The notes beneath the pieces were generated by a model. That model saw nothing but the letters and a program-made list of their open reading frames with translations, searched no databases and was not told where the DNA came from. Positions 1 to 13,949 of a stretch of 64,000 bases of DNA are shown here, one piece after another (the first letter of the stretch is position 1; each line of letters opens with the position of its first letter). The stretch comes from the human T2T-CHM13v2.0 reference genome, Homo sapiens, in the NCBI RefSeq assembly GCF_009914755.1, contig NC_060936.1. One strand, 5' to 3'. The position numbers and the translations under genes are program-made.

Positions 1-252
1 TTCTTGTGATAGTGAGTGAGTTCTCACGAGATCTGATGGTTTCATAAGTACTTGGTAGTCCCTACTGCATTCATTCTCCTTCCTGCTATCTTGTGAATAA
101 GGCACCTTGTTTCCCCTTTGCCTTCCACCATGATTGTGAGTTTCCTGAGGCCTCCCCAGCGATGCTAAACCGTGAGTCAATTGAACCTCTTTCCTTTATA
201 AATTACCCAGTCTTGGGCAGTTCTTTATAGCAGTGTGAAAATGAACTAATAC
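1..252 (+). mobile_element. MaLR LTR 3' part (THE1D/MSTA-like), cut by window edge
   Basis: ccatgattgtgagtttcctgaggcctcccc...cctttataaattacccagtc...gaactaatac matches the THE1/MST LTR 3' end. Confidence 0.85.
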
Positions 253-289
253 GGTGGGTTTGTTTTGGTCATGGTTGTAATCGTCAGCA

Positions 290-485
290 CTTTGCACAGT
301 GCCTGGCACATAGCAGGATGTCAGTTAATGTTGTTATATGAGTGAATTAATGAATGCATCAATGGAGATGGTTGGATGCATGAATAAATGGATGGAAGGA
401 AGTAATGATGGCCAGATGGATGAATAAATGGAAGGATGGATGGATAGGTGGATGAATAAATGAATGATTAATAAATGAATGATTA
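290..485 (+). mobile_element. L2 3' end running into degenerate (TGGA/TGAA)n repeat
   Basis: gcacagtgcctggcacatag...tgaatgaat tail typical of L2. Confidence 0.65.
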
Positions 486-1334
486 AGAGTGGTAATCAGG
501 GCCCCTCCTACAAATGGGTCTTTTCTCTCCTGTTCCTTGTGATCAGAGGAAGGCAGTTATCTTAAATTTGGTTTCTGCCTTACAACTGTTTTGTGGCATT
601 GAGCCAGCCAACTAACCTCTAAGTTTTCTTGCTCATAAAAGGACGATAATGACACCTTCTTTGGGAGCTGATGGTGTAGTGGATGTTGAGAAAATTAATT
701 GGGTGGTGGTAAATGACTCTGAGATCCCTAGATGAAAGGGGCCACAGAGATGAGCTGTTATTATGCTTGTTACTTCCCTCTCACCGCTTCTGCCTCCCTC
801 AAGGTGGCTCTTCTCAGCCTCCTGGGGCTTGATGGTGCCCTAGAAGCAAGTTTTACTTAGAGACGAAACCTATCTTTCATTGGACTGACTCTTCCCTGGG
901 GTCATTTGGCAGAAGGCTTCCAGGTGAGAGAGATATAATCCTAGGAACTTGGCTGCCCTGCCTCATTTCCTTCCAGAAGGATTCATTTTCCCAAATGCCA
1001 ACCAGGCCCTGCACTGCATAACAGCCTGAAAACAGACTCCCTTTTCCTCCCTCCTGGTATGATAAAATAAGAGATTCCTCTAGGTCCTCTATTTTGGGAG
1101 TCTCACCTGTTGGCAAGACCTGGGCTTAGAACTGGAGACCAGGTGCCTACCATCTGGTGTCCAAAGAGACCTGGGATTCATTTACATCCACTACCAGATT
1201 ATAGCCATCTTCCTTTCCCTTTTCCCACATGTGGCACCACAGGTTGAAGGCATAGAATACACATGTCTTTCAGTTTGTGTGTCTCTGATAGAGATAAAAA
1301 GGTCAACAGACGCTGGAGCTGGAAAGATGGTTTG

Positions 1335-1475
1335 GATCCACAGCTGTGTGCCCTTGGACAAATTACTTAACTTTCCTGAAGTTTACTTTTTACATCTGTA
1401 AAAAAAAGGGATATAATGCCAACCACATGGGCTCATTGGGAGAATTCAATGAGATGGTGCTTGTTAACGTGCTCA
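1335..1475 (+). mobile_element. MIR
   Basis: agctgtgtgcccttggacaaattacttaac...catctgtaaaa MIR core. Confidence 0.75.
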
Positions 1476-1939
1476 GGAGTTAGGCTTCTTTCTTCTTCTC
1501 CTCTTCCCTTTCTCTTTTAACAATGTTCTTGGGATTTCTTGTACTCATAATGAATCTTGCCTTGTTTTTTTGTGCTTCCTATCCCAGTAAACATGAAGTT
1601 TCTGGATCCAGAGACATGGATGAAAGTCTTACTTCATTATTGACCCTACAGCCCATCACTGTCCAAGGACAGATTTTTCTCATGCTAGCTCAATTCTGTG
1701 CCTTCTTCCATCTTTTTCTCCAGACAATGGCAACAGCTTCCTTGCTTGTCTCATTTTATCTCCGTCAGCCTATCCTCCTGTGGAAGGCACAGAGTTTGAC
1801 TTACAGTATAAATCTGATTAACTATTCCCCCACTTGAAGCCTCCCAATGCCTTCCCAAAGGAAGCAGAGGCCTCTGATGCCACATATGGCATCCCCTCTG
1901 TGCCCTTTGTAGTTGGAATTGAATGCAATTGCCAGGATA

Positions 1940-2175
1940 CCCTTTCTCCTCTCTTCTCTTTTCTTCTTATCCTTCTCCTCCTCTCATTTCTCCCTTTCTT
2001 TGTTATCCTCTTCCTTCTCTCTCCTTCTCCTTCCCTCTCCCATCTTCTTCTCTTTCTCCTTCTTCTTTCTCTGCCTCTTCCTCTTTGACCATTCTGTTTT
2101 TTCTCCTCAAACTCTTCCTCTGCCGGTCTATCTCTCTCTTTACTCCATGCTTATCTCTCTCTTGGATGCCTCTTC
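1940..2175. repeat. CT-rich low-complexity polypyrimidine tract
   Basis: Almost exclusively C/T; explains the L/S/F/P-rich overlapping ORFs. Confidence 0.9.
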
Positions 2176-2508
2176 CCTGAATTGACATGGGAGAGAATCC
2201 CATAGTGTGGCCACCGCCTCTTTGTATGGGGCAAAAGGGCATTGGAAGAAGAAACTTCATAATACACCCTTCCCTGTTGACATGACTGTGCATTGGGGAA
2301 TCCAGTGAGGTTACTGAAGTCTGTTTGACCACGTAGTTTTGAATGGAGAGTGATGTGGGCCTTCCCTGTACTTTCCTCTGTCCGTTGCTATTCTTTTTTT
2401 TTTTTTCCATGAATGTAGCAACTCAAAGCTGTTTTATTCCTTGAGAAAGTTTAATAACTAATTTTCCTCTATCACTGTAGCACCTTATTCCCTGAGAATG
2501 AAAAATAA

Positions 2509-2946
<438 letters not shown>

Positions 2947-3454
2947 TAAATTGAATGGAGTGGAGAAATAATGTCCTCTTGATTGGAGTCTTTTAGACTT
3001 AATCCCCTTTGGTGCCCACACCTCTCTAAATAGGTCAGATTATTCTATAATAATAAGAACGCTTGAGACCTCCTTTGCCCAGGGCAGAAAAATTTCAGCC
3101 AGATCCATTTCAGCAGGTGATTTTCCTGCTGAGGATGTCTAAAGATGGACTCTTCACAGATGTTCTGTTGTCTTTTCAAGCATTTTATCCTTGAACCTAA
3201 GTATGTTCTTTTAAATATCCATGCAGACTCCCCACCTTTGCTTCACTTTGAACCTACTATTTCTTATCTGAATGCGAAGAGTGACTCCCAAGAAACTTTG
3301 CCTTAAAATGATTCCCAGGATTGAAGATAGAAGCTGAGATTTCCTCTCTCCTCTTTCTTTTTATTTCTTTAGATTGGCAGCTTCTGATTTTGGCTCTGCT
3401 ACTAATCACCTTGAGTGAGTCAGTTTCCTTCTTGGTGTCAATTTCCTCAAGTGT

Positions 3455-3660
3455 TAGTGAAAGGCTGGACAAAACATGACCCACTGCCTGTTTTTGTAAA
3501 TAAAGTTTTATGGGAACACAGTCATGCCCATTTGTTTAGATATCCTCTTGAGTTGTGTTTGTCCTACAACAGTAAAGTAGTTATGACAGAGACTATATGG
3601 TTTAAAAAGTCTAAAACATTTACTATCTAGTCTATTACAAAAAGGGTTTGCCAACCCCTG
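3455..3660 (+). mobile_element. MER58A hAT-Charlie DNA transposon
   Basis: cctgtttttgtaaataaagttttatgggaacacag...gtttgccaacccctg. Confidence 0.8.
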
Positions 3661-4139
3661 AAATAGATGGAAACTTAAGACTCCTTTAATCTGAACATCT
3701 ATGCCATGGTTTAGCTAGTTCTACTGAACGCCTCATTCCTTATAGATAGGCATCTCCTCATGCAGGGGACACACGCCACTGGGGTTCCTGGACATGATGT
3801 TGGGGATCCACTGCCTGAAATCAAGCAGCATTGAAGTCCATTCTGAGCAGTTATTGTTTTTTCATTTCTCATCCAATCCTTCCCATTTTATCTAAGAGAG
3901 AGGCTCAAGTTGATACCAGAATGTGAAAGCATGATTCTCTCTGGCTCATTTCTTCAGGCACATTATCATATTCAGCTGGAATTTAATCACACTTATTTTA
4001 CCCCCACTGTATGGGCTCATAACCCCTTTTGTGAAATTTCAAAGTCCTAAAGGCTCTGAAAATGGAATTTTTTTCATAAACCATTTAATATTTATACTTA
4101 ACACAGAGAGCAGATTACATATAGCCTTTTAAAAAATTT

Positions 4140-5520
4140 GTCTTCAATGGGATGACATCAAACTAAAAAGCTTTTGCACAGCAAAGGAAACAATTAACAG
4201 AGTGAAGAGACAACTTACAGAATGGGAGAAAGCATTTGCAAACTATATATCTGACAAGGGATTAACATCCAGAATATATAAGGAACTTAAGGAACTTAAA
4301 CAACTCAACAGCAAAAACAACAAAAACAACAAAAAAACAAAAGCAAAAAAAATCCCTGAAGTCCTCACGAGTAACCCAATTAAAAAATGAGAACACTTGG
4401 ACATAGGAAGGGGAACATCACACACGGGGGCCTGTAGTGGGGTGGGGGTAGAGGGGAGGGATAGCCTTAGGAGATATACCTAATGTAAATGCTGAGTTAA
4501 TTGGTGCAGCACACCAACATGGCACATGTATACATATATAACAAACCTGCACGTTGTGCACATGTACCCTAGAACTTAAAGTATAATTTAAAAAAAATGA
4601 GCAAAAGAGTTTAAAGACATTTCTCAAAAGAAGACATGCAAATGACCAACAGGTATATGAAGAAATGCTCAACATCTCTAATCATTAGGGAATTGCAAAT
4701 CAAAACCACAGTGAGATATCACCTCACTCTAGTCAGAATGGCTATTATCAAAAAGACAAAATAAAAGTTGGCAAGGATGTAGAGAAAAGGGAACACTTAC
4801 ATGCTGTTGGTGAGACTGTAAATTAGTATAGCCGTTATGGAAAACAGCATAGAGGTTCCTCAAAAAACTAAAAATAGAACTACCATATGATCTAGCAATC
4901 CTACTACTGGATATACAAAGGAAATGGCATTCACGTGTCAAAGAGATATCTGTACTCTTATGCTTAATGCAGCATTATTTACAATAGCCAAGATATGGAA
5001 TCAATCTAAACATCCAACAATGGATGAATAAATTAAAAATGGCATATATACATAATGGAATATTATTCAGCCATAAAAAATGAAATCTGGTCATTTGTGT
5101 CAACATGGAACATCACATTATTAAGTGAAATAAGCCAGACACAGAAAGACAAATACCATATGATCTCACATATATGTGCAATCTAAAAAATTTATGTCAT
5201 AGAAGTAGAGAGTAGAACAGTGGATACCAGAGACTAGGAAGGGGCAGCAGGAATAGGGGAAGATGGGAGATATTGGTCAATGGGTACAAAATTGCAATAA
5301 GAGAGGAGAAACAAGTCCTGTCACTCTGTTGCACAGTGGGGTGACTATGGTTAGGAGTCAGGCATTGTATATTGTGAACTAGCCAGAAGAGAAGTTTTTG
5401 AGTATTCTCGCCACAAAGGAATGATAAATGCATGAGGTGATTTGATAATTATGCAACCTATAGGTATGTTAAAACATCAAATTGTAATGTATAAATATGT
5501 ACAATTACAATGTAAAAAAA
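4140..5520 (+). mobile_element. L1MA-family 3' fragment (ORF2 C-terminus + 3'UTR)
   Basis: ORF2-like peptide [28 protein letters not shown]; L1MA-type 3'UTR; A-rich end. Confidence 0.9.
4386..4597 (+). mobile_element. 5'-truncated L1PA 3' end nested in the L1MA
   Basis: gggagggatagccttaggagatatacctaatgtaaatg...gtaccctagaacttaaagtataat; TSD aaaaaatgag at 4382-4391 and 4592-4601. Confidence 0.9.
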
Positions 5521-7169
5521 TTTTAAAAACGTCTTTCATTTTCCTATAAAGATGATCTTCATCATGAATAAAAAAACGATCTTAATGTGAATGTGTATAG
5601 GTGATGCTGCAAAACTATGAATGTATCTAATAAGGGGTGCAGTCCTGGGGGTATATGACCATGTTGCCTTTCTAAAGTCTATGAAGTTCTGAATTCTGAA
5701 ACCCATCTGGCCCTGGGGGTTCTGGATTAGAGATGTGGACCCACATCTCTTTTTATGGTTACTTCCTATTTATGGCAAACATTTAAATGTATATAGAGTA
5801 AGTCCATTTAAACCCCCCAAAATACATATATAATAATAAGAGGGTGCTCAGAGTTGGCTCACATTGTAGAGTGGTATAGAAATGACTGACGTTTGGGAAA
5901 GCTTGTCCTGAAGGATATTTTCCATCCTTTTAATGACCCCTCAACATTTTTTCTTCTTGTTTCTCACACTATTTTGTCATCACCAAGCCACCCCCTTACT
6001 ACCTTCAAACCTGGAGCATCTTTGTATGTAATGGTGAATTAATGAACAATCCTGTCTCACCCATACAATGATATGTGACTTCAAGAGCTGATTCGACATT
6101 CCTGACAATTTTAGAGACAACCTTTGAGGTCACTGAGGACTTGCATAGGAAGGGTTTTCCCTGGGGAACCTGGATGGGGGCCAGAGTCCGGGATCTCAGA
6201 GTTCTGGGTCCCAGGAACACTATCCATGGCTTCTAGGCCAGACTCATCAGAGTGCTGTGTTCTGAAAGGAGCTGGTTCAATCCTTTCAAAGGGCAATATC
6301 CCCAGCCCTAAGTAGTTCTTAAAACACCAAACAACATTAGCTCCCACAAATGAGGGAGGCTTAAACCTAAATCTGATTACAGCCGAGAGTGGCAAGGCGG
6401 CCAAGGTGCTATAAAGAAATTACGTTATTATGTCCAAGGGATGCCATTAAAACTCTGTTTACAAACCAAATGTGCCAGAGAGTGGGTCAGGGAAAGAATT
6501 ATTAGCAACAAAGCTATTTGATCTCTTTTATGATCCAGTGAGTCATATCGCTCCATGATCTAGAAGGTGAATAATGAAAACCTCAAGCCTGTTGATTTAT
6601 AAACAGGCCCAGAATTCTGTGTTCTTTAACCTCAGATGCCCTCTTAAGTGTGACTTACCCTAAATCAAATGGGACATCAGATACCACTGGGCTTCTCCCT
6701 CCTCCTGAGAGGTAATTGAAGAGGTGATTGGCGTACAGGGTGCATAAAATCCCTGTTCAAGATGATGGATAGCTTCGGGGGATGGGTCACCAGCCAGGAC
6801 TTAGAGACACGGCTTTGTTTCTACATGCCTTGTATCTGCAGGGCTTGAGGCTCCGAAGCTGCTTTTGTTCAAGCTCCCGGATTCTCAGCTAACCAAGGAA
6901 AGGGAGGCTCGGGGGTCGATGTTAACACTTTGTCCTAATAGCCACGATTTTGCTCCCCTTTTCTCCCTCTGAGGAGGTTGTAAGGAGCAGGATCAATCTA
7001 GGTTTACATCGGAACTCCACCACTATGGAAAGCAACCTCAGGACAGTTGCTTCAGGCCTCTGAACCTCAGTTTCCACATCTGCAAAATGACACAGTCATG
7101 GTTGGAGCCCTTACTCTGTGCCCAGCACTAGGCTAAGGTGCTTTATATGTGGCACATGCCAGATTATTA

Positions 7170-7313
7170 TTATTTTTTATTTTTAAAAATTTATTTATAA
7201 GACGAGGTCTTGCTACGTTGCCCAGGCAGGTCACGAACCCCTGTGTTCAAACAATCCTCTTGCCTAGGCCTCCCAAGGTGTTGGGATTACAAGTATGAGC
7301 CACCGAGCCTGGC
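7170..7313 (-). mobile_element. Alu monomer (FLAM_C-like) inserted in a MIR
   Basis: Single left arm; TSD ccagattatt on both sides. Confidence 0.85.
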
Positions 7314-7449
7314 TCCCAGATTATTTAAATCCTCACAATGATCAGACTAATCATTTATCTCCATCCTGCCATCTAACAGACACTCCTCTAAGAATTTTCT
7401 ATCTATTTGTTTATTTCATCCTAACGGTAACTCTGTGAGGCAGTGCTGA

Positions 7450-7895
7450 GATCAGGGTCCTCCAGGAGCCGACCCTGAGACAGGATTTGAGTCTAAGTGG
7501 AGAATTTGAGAGGAGATCTCAAGAAGCATGTGCAAGGAAGTGGAGAGGTAAGATGGGAAAGGAAAGAAGTTCATCAAGTCTCAGCCCTCACCCCATGTCA
7601 CCAGCATCCCTACTGTGGGCAACTCGGATGTGGTCCCTGTGGGAATCCGTAGGAAGGATGCACCCCAGGGCTGTCTCACCAAATGGCAAGGAAGTTGGGG
7701 TGATCAGGCCCCAACTCCAGTCAATCACAGTGCAGGGCTCCTCCAGGAGTCAATTTCTAGCAGGTCCCACATGCAGGCCAAATAAATCCCTCAGGCAAAG
7801 AATCGTAGGTACTCACGGTTACAGTCAGAAGCCATTGAATCGGCCTGCATGGGCATGGTGTAGGGAGAGTATGGGCCTAGCCCCATAACATCCAC
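7450..7895. mobile_element. Ancient ERVL-type LTR fragment
   Basis: gaccctgagacaggatttgag...ggaagtggagaggtaagatgggaaagg; similar to 49205-49340. Confidence 0.5.
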
Positions 7896-9226
7896 TACAG
7901 ATCCACACTGAGGGGGACAAAACTGAGCCACGGAGATTTGAAGTGTCTTCCCTCAAATTTCCCAGCTGGCAAGTAGGAGGAGGGGGCCAGGTTCCATATC
8001 TACTGGTCATCTCACTTCAGGGTCCATAATGGAAGCTTGTGGGTGATGCTTCATAACCCTCCACAGAAGGTATTAATATTTTATTTTACACATGAAGAAT
8101 CTGAAGTTCAGGGGTGCAAATTGACTTTGTCCTGTAGCAAATGAACAACTGAGCCAGGGCTGAAACTTCTGTGGATTTCAAAGTCAGGGACAGCCTCAGG
8201 ACGCTGTAATCCGCTTGCCTGCAGAGAAATCCCCTAGTTTCTCCTGAATCAGACAAGTTCTCCAGTGTCTCAAACCAGATGTTCTGGCTACAAGGACAGG
8301 CAGAAGGTTGATGCTGTCTCACTTCCTGAAGGCCAACATCATGGCTGAAGGCGAGGAAAGGTCATCTGTAAGTGCTTGGCTTGTGTGTCCATCCTGCAGT
8401 GAGGCTATCTCCAAGGGGGCTGACTCATGGCTCTAGTGCCATCCAACAGTTTCCAGTTTCTAGATGCTGCCTGACTCAGCTCTTTATTTGTTCCATCTTT
8501 TGTTGTTACCCGGGTCCCATCCTCTATGTTATTTGGGCATGCCAAAAATTATGCACCTTTGAATCAGAGTTGGCATAAAAGGCTGTAATTATGTGTACTA
8601 AAATGAATTCTTTGAGGCCTTCAAGCAGAAACCCTTCCTCCTTCTTCTTCCCCTCGTACTCCTCTTCAAGGAGTGATACAAAGACTTAGAAAGTCCCACT
8701 GGGCTCACAAGCACCCTGGCAGGGAGGGCAGAGAGCGGCGTTAAGAAACCACATGGTGCCATTAGATGCTCTTGACGTGCTGTGGTTTTCTGGTTCACTC
8801 TGCTAGACGGTGCCCAGGGCTGTTCCCGGAGCCGTCTGTCATTGTACTTACAACTCACATCACACCCCGAGTCAGCCTGTTACCCCGCAGAGCCAACAGC
8901 CTGGCTGTTTTCATGCAAAGCCAGCAAAAACAGACTGCCTGGCGGAGCTGGAAAACACAGACTCCGCAGCCTCCTTCTTTCTTGCAGCAAAAATAAATGA
9001 TAACAGCATTGAGGATGACCGGAGCCTGATGATGACAAGAAACAAACAAACAAAAAAGGTATCTTCTAAGCCCTAGACTGGGGGATTGGGCCTAGTTTGG
9101 GCACACATTTGCTTGGTAACCTTGGGCAACTACTTTCCTCTAACAGGGTCTCATCTCTTTGCTCATCCGTACAATGGAAATGCTGAGCTGGAAATGAACC
9201 TAAAGTTTCGTTTCAACATTTGAGTA

Positions 9227-9720
9227 TTGTATTAGTTTCCTGGGCTGCTGACACAAAATACCACACAAACTAGGTGGCTTAAAACAACCGAAATTTATTA
9301 TCTCAGAATTCTGGGGGCTGAAGTCTGGAATGAAGGTGTCAGGAGGGCCATGCTTCCTTCAATACTCTGAATAAGCTCCTTTCTTGCTTTTTTCAGCTTC
9401 TGTGGGCGCTGTCAATCCTTGAAGTTCCTTGGCTTGCAGCTGCATTTGTCCATCTCACATGATGCTCTCCCCTGCGTCTGTGTCCTCATATGTGTGCCTA
9501 AATTTGCGTCTGGGTCTAAATTTCTCTCCTTTGATAAAGACACCAGTCATATTGCAGGAGTGCCTACCATACCATAGTACGAGCTCATCTTAACTTGATT
9601 ACTCAATCTGCAATGGACTTTTTTTTTTTTTTTTTTTCCAAATAAGGTCACATTTACAGGTACTAGGGGTTTAAGACTTCAACATACCTTTTTAGAGTTG
9701 ACACAATTCAACCCATAACA
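9227..9720 (-). mobile_element. MLT1B/C-like MaLR LTR
   Basis: tgtattagtttcctgggctgc...ggtggcttaaaacaac...acacaattcaacccataaca. Confidence 0.85.
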
Positions 9721-10091
9721 GGCATTACTGAGTGCTTTTCTAGTGACCAGGTTTACGAGGTTTTATTTTGCGATTTGAGATAGGAGATATTGATGGCTTC
9801 CCCTCAATGGAGGAGAAATTGGGGATACAAGGGCAAGAACCATGTTAACTGCAGCCAGGGCTGACATTAAGTTGGGATGCATTGGTACAGCTTTATGGGT
9901 AGTTAAAACATAAGAAGACTTACCACTGTCCCACTATTCCACACTCTAAGAGAAGCATATAATTAGTCTCCCAGCCCCCAATCCCATGTATTCCTTTATG
10001 TGATTACATAAGTAATGCCTGTCATCCCCATTAGATCAGGAGCTCTGTATTGTTCAGATGCCTACATTTGGTTGTGGTTCAGAGTAGTTGC

Positions 10092-10632
10092 TTGTTGTAG
10101 GCATCCTCTAAGATGGCTCTCAATGACCTTGCCTTCTGGTGTCCAGGCCCTTGTATAAATCCTACCCCCCAACCCCCAATGCCACTGAAGAAGTCTGGCC
10201 TGTATAACCAATAAGACATTGCAAAAATAATGTTGTGCAACTTCTGAGGCTGGATCACAAAAGACATTGCAATGCCCACCTTGCTCTCTCTTGGGTCACT
10301 TGCTCAGGGGAAACCAGCTGCCATGTGGTGAGGATTCTCTAGCAGCCCCATGGAGAAGTCCATGAAGTGAACAACTGAGGTCTCCAGCCAACAGCCATGG
10401 GAGTGAGCTGTCTTGGCAGTAGATCCTCCAGCCCCAGTCAAACTTTCAGATGAGACCATAGACCTAGGTGACATTTGTAACTGCAGCCTTATGAGCAGCC
10501 CTGAAACACAACCACCCAGCTAAGCCACTCCTGAATTGGTGACCCACAAAAATGAGTTTATAAATGCTTGGTTTTGTTTTAAGCCACTAAGTTTTGAGGT
10601 AACTTGTCATGGGGCCACAGATCATGAATACT
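10092..10632 (+). mobile_element. MLT1E/F-like MaLR LTR inserted in an L2 3' end
   Basis: ctctaagatggctctcaatga...ccagctgccatgtggtgagg...aagccactaagttttgaggtaac. Confidence 0.8.
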
Positions 10633-10749
10633 ATGCTCAGTGTAAATTTCTTGAATGAATAAGGAAACTGATGCATAAATCAATGAATGAATAAAAGAAC
10701 TGTTTTTCAGGCTAATTATAGTTAGCTAGAAATTAGCTCCATCCACCAT

Positions 10750-10910
10750 GGACTAAGTGGGTGACTTCAGGCAAATATAATCTTGCTGCCCTGGGTCTCA
10801 GTTTCTTCATCTGTAAAATGGGATGATAACAGCAGTAGCCACCTCAGAGAGCTGCTGTAAAGATTCAGGAAGAAAAGACAGGCAAAGACACTTAGCATAG
10901 TGCTTGGCAG
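10750..10910 (+). mobile_element. MIR
   Basis: gtctcagtttcttcatctgtaaaatgggatgataac core. Confidence 0.8.
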
Positions 10911-11344
10911 GGATCATACTGGATTATTTAACACTCAGCACAACCCATGCATAAGCAGTCAGAATGGTCACCACCTGGCTTGATATCAGCCCTGGGGTGG
11001 GGCACATGATAAACTCTCCAGAATTGGTAGCTGTCATCATAATCATTGCCACCAGGCTAAAGGCTAATAACCTTAGTGCCTGCAGCAAGGAGCTCTCAAC
11101 TTAGTGTGGGAAAGAGACAAGCAAGCAAACATTTACACTAGTGTGATGAAGGGCATAGGAATGTGCAAAATGATGATCCATTCTGCTACGGGAGGAAAAT
11201 GCCCATATAATCACAGAGGGCAGAGGTCCAGAGGTCTCTGGCCTGAGCCTCAATTCCAGCTCTCAGACGCTTTTGAGAGTTAACATTTGTTTCCACTGTT
11301 TCACCCAGTTTGGGAACAAATAAATTAGTTCTGAGCGGAACTAA

Positions 11345-11520
11345 AACCTAGCTCCACCACTCGTCTCCTATTGTGACCTTGGGCAAGTCACTTAGCCTCT
11401 CTGAATCTGCTTCCCCATTTATAAAAGGGGAACCATTAAAGTTGTTAACTCCTAGCAAGCACTTAAGACAGTACGTGGTGCTATTTTTGACACTGGTAAG
11501 TGCTTTATAAATGTCATGTG
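11345..11520 (+). mobile_element. MIR
   Basis: tgtgaccttgggcaagtcacttagcctctctgaatc. Confidence 0.75.
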
Positions 11521-13949
11521 GGTTACTATTGTTACCACTTTTTTATTATTTAAGGTGCTGAATTAGACCCCTTCTTCCTGAAAGACACTAAAAGACACTC
11601 TGTTCTCATGGAAAAGATGGCTCCATGAGAGATGAATCTTAGTTTTCCTTCCCACACATACCATACACAGGGCCCTCTTGAACTTCAAAGAGAAGCCCCG
11701 CCAGGAAGCTCAATTCGCTGTAAGTGTAGCAGGAGAAATATGGGAGCCGGCTTCCAGGGCCGCTGAGCAGCTGTTTGATATCACACCAGGGTGGCCAAGA
11801 CTTTGGGGACGGGCCTGTTTACTCCTCACAGATAACATCTCAAGTGGACTGTGGGGAAGGATGGGAAGGACGCTCAGGGTCAGCCTTCACCTTTGTAGTT
11901 GTTTAAATATCGATTATAACTCATCTGAGACTGACTTATGCTAGGGTGAGGAGCGAGTGATGTGTTTGAAGATATCCCATAGATTTGCTTGAAGACTTCA
12001 TTTAGAGGATCTTAAATCTCTTAACAAAAATGGGTGGATCTCAGCCATCGTTTTTCTGGTTAAGAAAGTGCTCAGCAGCACTTTTGTTAATAAGCTTCAT
12101 GGTTGAAAACTCTAAGATACCAGAGGCCTTCTCCATCTTAATTAAATATGGCAATGCATACTAATAAGAAATTGAGCTATCTAACTAATTGAAATGAAAT
12201 GCGAATTGGGTTTTAGAAAACAAGAAGTGCACAGACAAAGATGTTTTGGAAGCAGTTTTTAAAAAAATGCAATGGCTTTCCTACTGTAGGATTTCCTAGG
12301 GTCTCTTGTATGTCCATGTGCGTTTTGATTTTGTCTCCCTGAGAAGGACCTAGGAAGGCACAAGTTTTGCAAAAGTTTTTGGATCACAGAATCTTTAATT
12401 TGTGGAGCATAGTGTGAGATTAATATTCTTAGGAACACACTTTGGTCCAGGCTACTATGTGAATAAAATAGGTAAAGTACTTAGACCAGTACACACCACC
12501 CATAGCAAGTGCTTGGGGAATGGTACACATTATTATTGTTACCGTGGAGGGGGGTTGAACTTCAAAGTTGCCTCCAACTCTAAAAATCATTCTCATTATA
12601 ATGTCATCACAGAAAAGTAATTGAGCTTGTTGGCTTGGATGAAATGGAAAAAAATAATTGAAATTATGCACTCAAAATAGTTCAGTAATTTAAATGTAGT
12701 TCTTAACAAATAGCAAAGTTGATCTTCATTTGTCTTTTCTTTGTGGGGGAGGGGGGTTGTTTTTTCATAAGATCTTAGCAAACAATGAAATCCTCAGAGG
12801 CAAATCAAGTAATGCCCCAGGAAATCCCAGGACGCACATTTCAGCATGTGTAGGAAATGTGTTGTCTTCACAAGGGGCATACTCCAGCAGACCCTGAGTT
12901 GTACCAGTGTCCTACCCTGGACGTGAATGTGCTGTGAGCAGATGGAAACCACCTCACTGCTTTGGATACTGGGCTTTTAAAGTATGAAACATAAACAGGA
13001 GATTAATGCATCAGCTTGCCACTCAAAGTGTGGTCCACAGATCGGCAGCAGTGACATCACCTGGGGTTATTATTTTTCTTGGAGAGAGGTCCTTTCCCCT
13101 GTACTCGCAATTTCCAGGTTTTGTTTGGCAACTTGGTAAAGTGACCATTTGCTTAGCCAGATGTGCCTGAACATTTTGGAACTCTGAGTCAAGAGGGCGG
13201 TTCCTGCTTCAAGGAGAGAGCTGGTGCCAATTCTAATTTTCATTTCTAGATCTGGATATTTATGACAAAGACCTCATCAACCTGGAAGTGTAACTTTCCT
13301 GCTTTCAACTCTGAGTTCTCCATCACCTCCCCTGGCCCCTTGCACATACAGTCTATCTTCTTTTCCATATAATAAAACAGCAATGTAATCAGCCCCTGGA
13401 ACATGTCTTGGCATTAGGAGTAAACTCAGGCAGCTCGGTTTATTAGCTGTTTCCATGGGAGAGAACTCTTGGGGCCAAAAAGATATTTACAAATATTGTA
13501 AGCACTCAGCTGCTCCCCAGGAGTGACATTGCTGTCTGGAGATAAATAGCTTCTCAGAGAAGTTAGGCTTTCTTCTACACCCTCTACTCCTCCACCCTCC
13601 TCATCTGTCTTGCTTTCAGCCAGATCATCCTATAACCACAAGGTCCCCAGAAGAGATTTTTCACCACCTTTGGGCATTGAGGGCCCGAGGGCTTGAGGTT
13701 TACTACTCTGGGGGACCAGACCAGAAATGTGGTTTTGAAAGATGAATATTTTGATATATTTTGTGAGCCTTTGTGAGCAGAAATGAGCATCTCATAAGGG
13801 GTGTTTTTAGTCTCACAGTGCTTAGAGTGGTTGGAGGACCAGGTTCAGGGTGATTATATCAACTTCTCCAAGTATTCATTTATTCAACAAATAGACATTG
13901 ACTCCCCAGCACATACAAGGCAGTGCATTCAACACTGAGGTTACCATCT

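Larger units (their letters stand above)
4012..5743 (+). mobile_element. TcMar-Tigger MITE (MamRep434-like), split into ~4012-4135 and ~5525-5743 by the L1
   Basis: Left end gggctcataacccc...ggctctgaaaa and right end aattctgaaacccatctggccc...gatgtggaccc resemble the two termini. Confidence 0.55.

Noticed and set aside
1834-2410. Hydrophobic or charged ORFs suggesting a membrane protein
   Set aside because: Artefacts of the CT-rich tract.
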